From Octopus vulgaris (lineage: Eukaryota): a stretch of 64,000 nucleotides of DNA. Both the position numbers and the translations under genes were made by a program. The DNA is taken from NCBI GenBank assembly GCA_951406725.2, contig OX597831.1:60264001-60328000 (forward strand), written 5' to 3'. The number at the start of each line of letters is the position of its first letter. Positions within the stretch are counted from its first letter, which is position 1. The notes under the pieces are model-generated. The model ran no database searches, was not told the origin of the DNA, and worked only from the letters and a program-made list of their open reading frames with translations. Of this stretch, positions 12,750-25,585 are shown one piece after another.

Positions 12750-12985
12750 AGAAGGTGTTGGGGCGATATAGTGGTTGTATACTGTCAACACAACGTGACA
12801 GTCCCGTAAAGAGAATCACACCACCGCTATTTAGCCCTAGCAAGCATCGACGCTTCCTGTCGGCTTTGACACATTTCCTGTGTCCTTATATTTGCAAAGG
12901 GGAGGCAAGCACCCCCGCCAGTTAGGATTAGCACATGGAGACATGTTTCTGGGTGTTGCCCGTCATCAGTCCAGGATAGTAAGTC
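12750..12985 (-). mobile_element. GC-richer hammerhead-containing repeat unit (retrozyme-like or pLTR-like)
   Basis: Compositional contrast with the flanks and a hammerhead motif near its minus-strand 5' end; boundaries are approximate. Confidence 0.5.
12934..12975 (-). ncRNA. Minimal type I hammerhead ribozyme candidate
   Basis: Minus strand cctgga-CTGATGA-cgggcaacaccca-GAAA-catg-TC-tccatg: intact core boxes, stem I 5/6 bp, stem II ggg/ccc, palindromic ACAUGU stem III, GUC site. Confidence 0.7.
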
Positions 12986-12986
12986 C

Positions 12987-13700
12987 TTTTCTCTTTATTA
13001 TTGGCACAACGGCCTGACTGAAGAGGGGACATAACAATACAATACAGGACATGCGGTACATATAACAAAAATACAGAAAGGATGATATAAAATGAAGTAT
13101 TAACAATGAATTAAATGAAATGGCTCATGAGTCCCCCCACCCACCCAAAGATCGCAGTTTCATTTACAATTACAGTTATACTATCCGGGTTGTTCGTCAG
13201 TAATGTAAACGAGTAATTTTTCCTGCTCTATAACGCAGGGCAAACTGTCATATCGAACGTATTGCGCTATGCACACAATTGTATTTGGAAACAAATTCAT
13301 TAATTTATTTACCGTCTCATTATCTAATATCACTGCCTTTAGTTCGTTATCGTATATCTTCGGGTTCAATTTCACTCTCGTTAGACCTTTCATTATCGCT
13401 AATTTATTCTCAATTTCTTTATCTTTTCGGTACAACATTACAGCTCTCAAATTTCTTCCTTTGGGTCTTCCTCCTTTCTTGCATGTTTTCGGACATTCTT
13501 CCACTTTTGTTGGCCATCTTTCCATTTCCTCCAACATTTGACCTTCACTCAATATATTTGTTGTATTTTTTCTTTCGTGTATACTATCCTCTGTCTCGTC
13601 GGCAGACTTCTCTTTTGTTGTTTTTCTATTTTTGCCTTTGGGTGGTGATTGTAATGTTGCCCCAGTGTTCAACTCATATTCAAAAGCGTATTTGTAGTAT
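12987..13700 (-). mobile_element. 5'-truncated retroelement with ORF C-terminus, ~195-nt 3'UTR and AATAAA/A-rich end (L1/Tx1-like tail)
   Basis: ORF 13181-13672 followed by a UTR ending tgtcccctcttcagtcaggccgttgtgccaataataaagagaaaa; 5' boundary approximate. Confidence 0.5.
13181..13672 (-). CDS. 163-aa K/E-rich open frame, probably a retroelement ORF1-like C-terminal part
   Basis: One of few long non-microsatellite open frames; no RT, endonuclease or zf-RVT motif recognisable; non-ATG start. Confidence 0.35.
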   Translation of the reverse strand: MNTGATLQSPPKGKNRKTTKEKSADETEDSIHERKNTTNILSEGQMLEEMERWPTKVEECPKTCKKGGRPKGRNLRAVMLYRKDKEIENKLAIMKGLTRVKLNPKIYDNELKAVILDNETVNKLMNLFPNTIVCIAQYVRYDSLPCVIEQEKLLVYITDEQPG

Positions 13701-16700
13701 GTTTCTTAAGAAACTGTTTACTTAACCAAATTAATTTTAAGAAATAATCTAAATAGTATAAAGGTATGAAATATCTTTTTACTTGGTTTATTTTTGCAGC
13801 GTCAATCTAGAGTTCGGAATGAACATTATTTATTTATTTTACTGTACAACGTACTCAGAATGGTGAAAAACAGTCTTTTCATAGGAGGCGGTACCCAAAA
13901 TAACTAAACATAAAAACAGCAACGCAGGGCAAAGACGAAAATATATTGGTTATTGATAATGTAAACTATTACATGAATTGGATTTCGTCTGGTGTTTTCA
14001 ATAGAGAGCTGTTTTTAATTATCCTATGTATAATGCCTATGCGAAATTCATACAAAAATCATCTCGGATCAACTGGTAGAATTCATTTTAATAAATCTCG
14101 ATAAGCATCCTCTACTGACAAGTAAATTAGCCCCTATCAATCGTTGCATAGATTTATCATACAAACATAGATATTTTCTATATATGTTAGTTTTGAAATA
14201 TAAACAGTTACGTTCTGAAAGTTCAACAATTTATACGGAAAGAAATAAGAAGTGTACCAGCAACTTTCACTTTTACTCTATCAACAATATCTAGGTCAAT
14301 AAATTGAAGAGACAGACCATGATTGCATACATAAAGCACAATATGTAACATCTACTTATGCTAAAACGACTTCAAGCTGCAAACATAAACGAAAGACAAC
14401 TAGAAAACAGAAAATTATGGCTAAGTATGCATCAAAGAAAGTAGAACGATATGATCGATGGTGTAGCTTTGGCTATAGGCGTCGGGTTTTCCGAAGTGTT
14501 TAGTATAACTTATATATATATATATATATATATCAATCTACATTTACATTCGTTTATCAAATGTAATGATAATCTGATATTGTGGTAACACAACCAGTAA
14601 ATATTTTATCAGCATCTCTGTCATTGCAAAACGATTATCTATCCAATATCAGTGTAAGCAGTTATTTTCTATTTTGTTTGAAGCATAATTGTACATATTT
14701 TCACACATAATCCGTGATCTGTTTCGTACACGAAATTTGGCCGTTCTGTCGACAATAATGATTGAATGAGCATAGGCTGAATAGCATCATTTTAACCCAA
14801 TAATATGCTTTATATGTGATATTACAATAGTTGTTCTTTGAAACAAAAGTCTTTATAGAGTTGAATATTGTGAAATTAATATTTCCTTTATGTGGCTTGG
14901 TTATTTTGTTGCTTTTAGGGTGTTTTCCCTTATTGATATTCTAGAAAGCATAATAAATGGAAGTATTCAATAAATTAGCATTCATATTGGATAAATAATC
15001 ACATTTTCATAAGGTAGAGACAGAGTAGTATTTTATAGTCATCTTAGCGTGGTTTGATAAAAACAATTGTTATTCCATATCCTTCACGGATTCTTGGAGA
15101 CAAGCAAGTATTATACTGTTGAGAAACTTCTTAAAGAGGACAGTCTGATAACCATGGGTATAGCATGGTAGAATATGGATTTAAGAGAATTAGGTACTGA
15201 GCTGTGACTTCAACGGACAGAATGGTAGAAAAACATTAACTTAGACGGAAAGGTTTAGTTACAAATAGGGGGAGAACTAGCCTGCTCCATGTAATTCTAT
15301 ATAACGTAATAGTGATTGATGTTCAAAGCTCTCCTCTGAGGGTTAAGTGTTTCAATGTACCGGTTGGCTGTTCTAGAACAGTCAGCTAATACTTGGAAAC
15401 ATTCCAAATGATTTACATATGCATCTGTAAATCTGAAACGCTTTCGGAAAGATTATTTTGTGCTGTATAAAGTTATCAAATAGAGCGAAAAAGAACAACG
15501 TAAGACGAGTAAAGCTGAAAGTTAAGAAGTACAACTGATGGCGAGTAAAGGCGAGAGCGAAGAATAACTGAAGGCTAGTAAAGGCCAGTGTCGGAAAATT
15601 CATTATTTCCTTCAGGACACATTATAGTAAAAAGCAAATCATTACTGCTACAGTGGTTATCTTTCATTACGAAATTTTAAGATTAACATTTGAAAACTCT
15701 AAAGGAATTAGCTTTTTAAAGACATTCATTTAAGGAAATATTAAATCAAAAATATAAATGTGCAATAGAGATGCGGCTAGCGATTAATTCAGTACAGGAT
15801 ATTCAGCCGAAAGTCTTGTGCATCTTAGGAATAAAATTTACTTTGGTTCAAATAACATATTTAACTCTTTCCAAACTAAGCCACTCATCTTAAATTAAGT
15901 CCCGCTCCGTAGTGTAACTGAGACTTACAAATGCCAAGAGGAAATCATCATATAATACTTGATATATCTCATTCGCGTGACATGTTTGTTTACAAAATCG
16001 AGAAATGTGTGTTTAGTTTTACAGGAGGGTCCCTCCATTAATCCCTGTAATTTTGAAATCCTTATCTTACTTGATTGAAGGCCAGTGCTGTAATACAGTA
16101 TATGCACACAAAGGACATGTTTGCGAAAACATGAAGTATTTTCGGAGTCGAACGATACATTTCTAACCAATGAAGTCAGAATATATATTTATATCATCTT
16201 GGTATTACCTTTATCTGCAAAAACTTAATGAGATAATATTATCACAAATATGCTGGTTAAGGGAATTGTTAAATGTATTGAAATTCTGGTTTCCAACTGG
16301 AAATGAAGGGGAAATGAGAGTGAAGTGAATTTTAGGTGGTGCAATCACAGTAATTATACTATATTTTTGTGAATGTATAAGACCCCGAAATTGTGCATGT
16401 GATGTAATATTTACATCGGCGATCTTAAAAAATTAGACAGTTTGCTCCTGGAATATCAAAACATATTATCATTATATTTCATTTATCATTATATTTCATT
16501 ACTCTAGTTTCAAGTAAGTGAAATGCAGAAACTACTTGCATGTGACTTTTACTGTGTGACTTGCTGATTAGCAGAGTCATATGAATAGGTTGCAATGATT
16601 CTTTTTTTTCTTTCAATAAATGTTGAGATGCCATACAAACTCTGCAGCGTTATTGAGGCTATGTCAAATGTAGAGGAGAACTAGAATTCTTCCTGTGGTA

Positions 16701-17481
16701 TATAAAATTATACGTGGTCACTTGGTTAGATAATCTGATCGATAAAACTTGAAAGCATCCCGAGCACAACTTAACAGAATCATCGAAAGCGGACATTATT
16801 GGTAAACATAATCTCTGAAATTACTATGTTGTTTGGAAATAAATATTCCGCTGTTGTGAACAAAGATTAAAGAGCTAAAAGAAATATTTTCTTGTAATGG
16901 GTCCGTGAGATAAAAGAATGAGTGAAGACCGTCCGGTATTGGTGAATGATTAATATTTTGTGTGTGCAAATTTAGGAACGTGCTGCAAAATATAATAAAA
17001 AAATTTGGTGGAAGTGAATCTATTTTAGGTGAAAGGAGAAAAGTGTGAGAATATAGTTATGAATTAAAATTAAATTACGCATCCATTTATAGGTAATTGT
17101 AAAATAGATATACATGGCGGTGAACTGATCGTCTTGTTAGACATCAATAACTAAACTGAGTATAATTCCCCATGAGGTGGGGCATAATGTAATAGAAAGA
17201 AATATAAATATATAAAGAATGTCATGCACCCTATATATTTTCTCACAATTTCAGAACTTATGTCATTCACCTCCACTATGACGCACCGCATAAGCTTTTG
17301 AATCATGTAGTGCTAAATAATATAGTTCAGTATTCACTCGGGCCATAATTTTTCTTGATGTAATCCACAAATCTGTAAAGAAGGAAATCCAAAAGCATGG
17401 GTGGGTGCGTACTACGAACGTGGTAGCACACTTTTTATGTATGTGTAGTATATATAGAGATATGTATATATATATATTATA

Positions 17482-18035
17482 CGAGCAATCGAATTCCGTC
17501 CAATGGATGGTGCTGATTTGTCAAATATTTAAACTAATTTTTTTAAAAACAACTTCTCCGCTCGGCCCATATGCCTCCCTTTTGAGAAACACTGATTTAA
17601 TCTAAATTTGAGACATCAGCAAAAGAAGAAATAAAGATAGACTTTTTTCTATTCCAACGAAAAACGATTTTATTCAAACAAATATGCAACCGAAGTGGTT
17701 AAAGTACCATTAATGATAAGGCTGTTGACTGGCAGAACACAAACATGGTTTAAACAGAAAGCTTGGTAGGAAAGAAACGTGCCTTTAAGCAGTACAAAAA
17801 CAACAACAAAAATGGAAGACGCAGTTGTGTACAGGTTGACGGAAGAAAAGCCAGACAAAAACGGTTTTATCGATCGCATTCTCACCTGGAATCGATTTTT
17901 GTAATTTCTGTCAAGACCTATACACGCCCTGATACCGTCGATATCTACATTTCAAATTTGAGCGCAATCGGATGGAGGATGCCCGAGATCCTATAAACCA
18001 CACACACAGACAGAACGGATTTTATATAATATATA
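17482..18035 (-). mobile_element. Non-autonomous Helitron (short)
   Basis: ~170 bp (17863-18035) shared with 36965-37137; other end a|cgag (mutated CTAG) with hairpin ccgtcc-aat-ggatgg. Confidence 0.7.
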
Positions 18036-18772
18036 TATATATATATATACGCACACACACACACACATATATATGTGTGTGTGTGTGTGTGTGCATGTAT
18101 ATACAAGATGGTTGTCTACTCCTTATGTAGAGTTTTATCACCTCTTGTATTTACAGCTTAGATCTGTCATGGTGCCAGGTGTGACTCTTTAAACGAGATA
18201 ACGTTTTGGAAAGACATTCACATAAATTACATATCTGCTTTGGAGCACCAAGACCTGCAGTTAGGTTATGATCTTTTTGTGACTTAAACTGCTTTTTGAG
18301 GTCTCCGTTAAATTTGCAGTCTTTATGGCATACACAGTTTTGAAAGGTATGCACAGATAGATCAGATATATTTTTGATATAATTATACCAATGTGTCCAT
18401 CTGTTCTAATTTAATAAAATTCTATGTATTTGTGCAGCTGATTTCTCTGCATTTTAAATTGAGGTAATGATTGCCTAGTTCGATTAAATAGAGTTGCATA
18501 AAACGATCGTACTGCATTACCTCTGGATATTCTTGTTGCTCATTTTGATTTTAATCACATTATTTTGAAATTCTATGGATAATACCATACTAAATTCTGG
18601 TGCCTCAACTTTAGTACCATATTTATCTGATTCTAAATTTTTGCTGAACTCATATATATATATATGTCTGTGTGTGTGTGTGTATGTGTGTGTGTGTGTG
18701 TATGTATGTATATACTAATTTGTATTCTACGCATCAGAGACTGTACAAAAGGATTTGAAATGTGACGGTTGT

Positions 18773-18876
18773 AGTGGTGGTGGTATTATTATTGTTATTA
18801 TTATTATTGTTGTTGTTGTTATTTTTATTATTATTAGCAGTAGTAGTAGTAGTATTAGCAGCAGCAGCAGCAGCAC

Positions 18877-18919
<43 letters not shown>

Positions 18920-18920
18920 T
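18773..18920. repeat. Compound trinucleotide repeat (GGT/TAT/TGT/AGC/AGT)
   Basis: Read directly. Confidence 0.95.
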
Positions 18921-19394
18921 TATCATACCATCTCATGATAATGAATTATTTTAATTATTAATAATTGAGCAAGAATAATTAAATTGAAAATTTTAAATTT
19001 AATTAAAGATCTCAAAAAAATAAAATCATATTCCTGCAAATGACCTGATAATATTCTACCATGTAATATTGTGATTAAGCACATAAATCTACTCCTGAAA
19101 TTGAAGAATTCGCAAATTAACGATTACCAAATTCGAATTTTAATATATTAACTTGGAAATCCTATATATTACAATTCACTTTACAAATAATGCGCAATTT
19201 CATTCGTCTGATGTTAAATATGATATTATTGATAGTATGGTTGCTGAAGTAATTGCTGCTGTGTAGCCTCATAGCAGTTTGATTACAAAAAGCTTGCAAC
19301 AAGGTTATTTAACAGTACGAATCCACATATAGGTTTAGGAGTGCGTGCAAGTTTCTATGTGTGGTAAATCACCGGTGAGGACATCTGGTATTAC

Positions 19395-19616
19395 GTAATT
19401 TGCAGATGTGGAAGAGGTGAAGTAAAGAACGACGAAGGCTTTAAAAGGTATAATTTCACAAGAGTTCCGGCACTGCTTCCAACAGTGGAAAACCCACCTG
19501 GACCGATGTGTTGCTTCAACTGGAGAACACTTTGAAGGCGATAAAAGAGTAAACACGTAGAACTACGTGAATAAAATAATATTGCAAAATTCCGGTTTCA
19601 AATAGTTAACCCTCGT
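19395..19616 (+). mobile_element. mariner 3' fragment with right TIR
   Basis: FADVEEVK*RTTKALKGIISQEFRHCFQQWKTHLDRCVASTGEHFEGDK, then aaaattccggttt...ccctcg. Confidence 0.82.
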
Positions 19617-22073
19617 GTGTATACATATACATTAATATATATATGTATGTGTGTGTGTGTTTGTATATGTGTGTGTACGTGTGTGTGTATACATACTGTT
19701 ATAATCATAACCTCCATTCCGGTATAATATAATTAGTTAGACAAGTACAGACACGACTAACTATGACGGACTACTCCTACCTCTTCTACGTCACAATATT
19801 CGTAACGGCTATTGAATATCATTCGTCACGTGGGAGGGATGTTCGATTACTATTATTCCCATAACATCTCCATTCTTTAGTCTCTTTTTTTTCTAAGGTT
19901 CAAATACTTGCAGTGGCCTTTTGTACTTGAAAAATATCCTATAATCATTCACTTGGTTCTGCAATCCTTTTTGGTTCGCTCTCAAAGAATGTTTCTTTCA
20001 GTTCTTTTATAGGTCACTTCTATACCCCTTTTTCTTCCTTTTACGATGTTTGGCATTTCTCCTATGCGTTTGATAATCATGCCATCTTCCCAACCGTGTT
20101 TTCCGATCTTATATGCCCAATTTTCAAATATGCTGTATTATCCATTGAAATTTATTTTTGTAATCAGAAAGTAATTTGTCGCAAACACCAGTACCGTTGA
20201 TGATATACCTGTTGGTGTTTTTGGATTTGGTACCCTATAGAATGTTAATGAATCACTTAATTTTAAAACTCACAACTAATTTATGTGCCAGTTATCGAGT
20301 TATTTTAGAAACGTTTCAGTTTTTGACTAACTGATTGAAATAGAAATATGGTAAAATACTGAATGAACTGATATCAGAAGTCAGGGCAAATGTCCATACA
20401 ATGCTTAATCCTGTCCCATTAAAGCTTTAGTTACGGACGGAATTTTCATTTGTCTCCATCTTACATGGGATGTCAACGATTCGGGTAGCTATTGCAACTC
20501 CAACTATCAGATTTTTCTAGAAAAGCTATGTTCTTATAGAAATATTTGTAATGCGCGTACAAGCATATTAATAGCTGAATGCTATATTAAATTGCAATGA
20601 CAGAACGGAACCGACAATATCCAGTAGAAGATATTGATTTATGACATTTGTCTGTATCTTCAGACTATTATTTTAGCATTACTGGGCTCTATCTGATGAA
20701 TTTATCAGCAATACACAATATTTGACTTGCACAAGTCCCTTAACAGGATTTGAATGTGTGTATATGAGTGTATATAGGTGTGTGTTTTTGTTAGTGCTGT
20801 GTCATTTTAGAGTAATCATATATATATATGCATGCATATATACATACATTGCACATACAAATATCACTCATTAAATATAGGCAAAGAATTATCACTCTTT
20901 TCACATCGGCTGCAAATTCTGTTCACATATCATTTGACATGTTTTAATTATAATCCTGACGTTGACGATTTCAACATAAATAATCTGTAAGAATGTTTTC
21001 CTTTTTATTACACGAGAAATCGACGCTGTTTTGCACTGGCTCTAAAACTCATTATCGGCAGAATCCCATTGAACGATAAATTGATGTTCCCGTTGACGAC
21101 TATCAAAAGTAGATTGAAAAATCGAAATATTTATTTTATCCTTACGAATATGAAACCAGACACATAGGCAGTTACGCGTTGATAGCCTATGTAAATAACA
21201 CTCCAAATTGTTTAATGTAGCATGGTATGCTAAGGACTACAATTTGAATCTTTAGTTTAATTAGGTCATGTTTTAAAGTCATGTCATCAGATATTACACT
21301 GGTGAAAATAAAGACTGATGATAAAAGTTGTATTTCTTACAAAATATTTTGTTACTAACACCATATAAATTACTTTCATCTTGTACACCTTATGCAGAAT
21401 TTATTTCTCTTCCGAATGATGCAGACAATAATTGTTTTTATACAACTTGAAGAATTCTAATTCTAAATTAATATAAACTTTTCAAATCTACCGGCAAAGT
21501 CCATGTAATATGTATGCAAATATTTTTGCCAAAATAGGTGGTTTTGAGAAATCGGGCATGCATGTGTTATCAACAACATCAGAAACAAAGAAACTTTAAC
21601 TCGTTGAAAATGTCGGTATGTTTATTAAACATCGAGCCTTACACCTCGTTTTTAAATGTATAATTGAAAAAAAGCATACACGTATTTCTTGCCGACCATC
21701 GTGTATTTCAAAATTGCCCTGCTCAAAAGCAAATGCAACAATATTTTGGAATACTAGTTGGACGAAATCTACCCCTCATCAAGATGTGTGAATTAAAGCC
21801 AACAGATAAAATGCATTGTTAAAATTAAAGTATAAAACATTGGAGTACGCAGAAGAAATATAATAAAGTGTAACTTACGAAGTCAAAAGTATCGGCCACA
21901 AAACGCGTAACAACAAGCGCAATGTGAATGTAATCAGATACTTTTTCGCTGAGTATAAATAAAGACTTAAGAACAACATTTCTCCCCCTCGAACACGAAA
22001 TCATTGTCTTGAAATAAAACTGCACAAAAATTAGTAAAAATTTATAAATTTCAAGTCGATTGTCCCTAATATT

Positions 22074-22287
22074 CTTTTCTAATCTTGGTACAAGGCTCAA
22101 CATTCTTGCGAAGGAGACCAGTCGATTACATCGACTCCCGTACGCAACTTGTACTTAATTTCTGGACCCCGAAAGGATGAATGGCAAAGTCGATCTCGTC
22201 GGAATTTGAACTCGAAATGTAATGATAGACGAAATACCGCTAAGCATTTCACTCGGCGTGTTAACGTTTCTGCCAAATCACCGCTAT
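22074..22287 (-). mobile_element. Tail-A SINE monomer
   Basis: Full head to tail; degenerate TSD gattgtccctaatatt / gattgtctcaaatatt. Confidence 0.85.
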
Positions 22288-22304
22288 GATTGTCTCAAAT
22301 ATTA

Positions 22305-25050
22305 AACCAGACACAAATATAAACATTACCAGGAAGGTACAGGGACATGAAGGACTCTAAAGATTCTGTTGTTACAAATTTAGATTAATACAACTTTTAA
22401 TGAAACTAACATGAATATATGCACGCTGAAACGCGGAATCGCTTGGAAATACTATACAAACATTACCATAATCATAGACTTAAACCAGCAAGTATATCTG
22501 ACACAAAAAATCCTCAAAAATCAACCAAAACCCTAAGGATTAGAAGAGCTGTATTAATTCATTAGACATACAAAGAAATTAGACACCTACAACAAAATTA
22601 GTTAAAAATTAATGCAGCATCAACAAGAAAAGATAGAGTTTAACTGTAGAGAGGTCAACAGGTTGTGAAATAATCCTCACGGTAATTATTGGTTAAAACA
22701 ATCAAAACAAACTTAGGCGACCATAAGAAAGAGAGTAAACTAGATGCCGCAAAAATTAACTACTGGAAAGCACATTGTTATGGTAATTACCCAACATTCT
22801 GGTTGAAAGATTTAATAAAGAGTTACATTACAAATAGACAAATTTAACGAGATGCTTTGGAGATAGAAATGAATCCATAGTGGCTCGGTGAAAGAAATTG
22901 ATATTAATTTAGGACGAATATTCTTACGAGTAAAACTACAACGGCACAAAGCGTCTCCTTGCAATCTGCTAAACCTTAATTGCCAACAAGAATATAATAG
23001 GAAGAATGATGAAGAAAACTAAGTGTGTGTATGATGTCGATGCCTTGCCTGAAGTCATACAAGCCACACGTGAGTCCTGGAAACATAAGTTATGAAAATG
23101 AATATTCCGAACACGTAGCAGATAATATATACGCATAAGGAAATAGTATTCTAATTCGTACTTGCAAACAAGAAAGAACTATAGAAACGAAACTTACTAT
23201 AAGAAAAGTAATATAACCAGTAACATCTCACTCTCGATTTCGCTTTTTGACTGGCTTTGGCGCCTTTAATCAATATGACATGCTGGTCGGAATGAAGTTG
23301 CATGTTGCAAGCAGTAAAAAACTAGAAAAATTATCGTAGAATTTCTTCGCATTTATTGAAGAAATCCATATGATTTATGAGTTACAAAAACGTATCGAAC
23401 ACATTTTGCAGAAACGAAATATAATTCCAAATATTATTACATTATATTCTATAAGATTTAAATTAGAGATCTTTATCAAACCCACACATACAACATAATT
23501 GGGTATCATAATCTAGGGTTTGTACAAATGCATGCACAAATAAAAGAAAAAAGATAGGTAGAAATGTTATATCCGAAATTGATTATTAGATGAAACTGTT
23601 GAATATAAAGAAATATACTAATATACTTCTAAACTGTAGTATTCTCAGTCATATTACCCTAATTTGAATGATAATGAAATAAACGATTGAGTTTATAACT
23701 AAAAAAAAAATAATTGATATATAAAGATTCCACCCAAAACCTACAAACACCATGCAATTCTGTCCTTTACAGCAATTGGAAATTGAAAATTATAAAAAAT
23801 ATATGCAGTGAAAATACGAAACTATCAATTTCAGAATTATGGAAGATATATATCACAAAATGAGCTCCGATAAATGGAGAAAAAATAACGTGCATTTTCC
23901 AGACTTTAATGAGAGCAATAAAGCTGAACAGATACCGCAATAAAATATAGGGCTGAAGCAATCAAATAAGAACTGAAATCGAATATGTGGTAAACCCAGT
24001 GGTCTAGAGAATGCCACCATATCACTAATACTCATTACAGAACATGTTGGAAATAGGGAAGCGAAAACAAACCAATACGGATCGAGAAATACAGGATTTA
24101 ATATAAAGAGCGAAGTGCTACATATGACACAGAATCAAGACTTCTCTGAGAAAAATGGCCAAGTGCATATACTGAGGCAGCGAGGAGCAAATAACTGTAG
24201 ATTATGTCGAAATGAGGAATATGAAATGAAGCAAATTCTCTGTGGCTATTCAGCTAGAGACACAAAGCTCTCGCCACAAAAACAAGAGCGTTCGGTCTTC
24301 TATACAGGGGATGTTATGCCAGAAATTTGAAATGTCAAGCAAATTGGGAGAAAATAAACGCTCATTATAAAGTATATTTACAAATATGACAAAATCATTA
24401 CAATAGCACAAGTAGGTCAAAGCTAATTCACCACAACATGCTATCATTGAACATCCAGGAAACAAATGCCTGCTAATTGGCATAAGTGCCCAACATATAG
24501 GCAATTATATCTCCAAAGGACAAGCAAAAATTATTCAGAAAGAATTCTTTTGAAATGCAGTTACATCGGATACCTATTTCTTTATTATAAACAAGGAGAC
24601 ACATAGGTATTAAGTCGATAATATCGACCCCAGTGCGTAACTGGTACTTAATTTATCGACCCCGAAAGGATGAAAGGCAAAGTCGACCTCGGCGGAATTT
24701 GAACTCACAACGTAACGGCAGACAAAATACATATTTCTTTATTACCCACAAGGGGCTAAACACAGAGGGGACAAACAAGGACAGACATAGGTATCAAGTC
24801 GATTAGATCGACCCTAATGCGTAACTGGTACTTAATTTATCGACCCCGAAAGGATGAAAAGCAAAGTCGACCTCAGTGGAATTTGAACTCACAATGTAAC
24901 GGCAGACGAAAAACCGCTCAGCATTTCGCCCGGCGCGCTAACGTTTCTGCCAGCTCGCCGCCTTCCGGGTTTGAAGTCTGAGGCAATTTCTTGAATAATA
25001 AGTGCTTTGGTAACCGTTACATGATACAAAAAATAATGATAATAATAAAA
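22305..25050 (+). mobile_element. Heavily decayed R4/Dong-type (restriction-like endonuclease) LINE
   Basis: Ordered remnants: NYWKA..PTFWLK (~22760), IRDLYQTHTY..HAQIKEK (~23460), CRLC..ILCG zinc knuckle (~24195), KCLLIGIS (~24465), GLKSEA..ISALV (~24970), (AAT)n tail. Confidence 0.7.
24571..24964 (-). mobile_element. Tail B + tail B tandem SINE inserted in the LINE
   Basis: Two central domains each with tail B, one head at ~24915-24964, junction at ~24725. Confidence 0.9.
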
Positions 25051-25353
25051 GCTGAAAAACTTAAGGCATGCAAATATTTGAAGTGTGCAGGTAATATGCT
25101 TCGTAACCTTTGTAAATAGAGTACACGGACTTGAAAAGAGGTTTATAAAAAAATCATCCCCAGTAATTAGTGGTGATGCCAGTTGTTATTCTATCAAGAT
25201 GGTTTACCGAACCACTAAGGTGCTGAGAAATAGATAGAATCTTCACCTGTTATCAAGCGGTAGGAGAGAGTCATATTCACGCACATTTACAATAGTGAAC
25301 TGTGCGCATACATACATGTATATATATCTATATCTACACACACACACACAGAT

Positions 25354-25419
<66 letters not shown>

Positions 25420-25421
<2 letters not shown>

Positions 25422-25585
25422 CGCATAGATTTCACAGAAAATTAAAAAAACGACGAAAGATGGAGGAACAGAAAGCAGGTGTTATCGTTTTACCCTCGGG
25501 AGGAAGGGAAAAGTCTTTGACGTTTCGAAAGGGACAAAAACGGGGAGAGAACGAGAAGAAACGGAGAGAAAAAAATGTATTAATA
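25420..25585 (-). mobile_element. Penelope-like pLTR fragment
   Basis: Minus strand tcgaaacgtcaaagacttttccc...tttcgtcgttttt resembles 53400-53500; the hammerhead 5' half is missing. Confidence 0.55.

Noticed and set aside
15482-15590. Three degenerate ~35-bp repeats
   Set aside because: Too short and divergent to interpret.
24571-24964. Regularly repeated units resembling a CRISPR array
   Set aside because: Units are ~150-190-bp SINE bodies with no unique spacers or cas genes, in a eukaryotic context.
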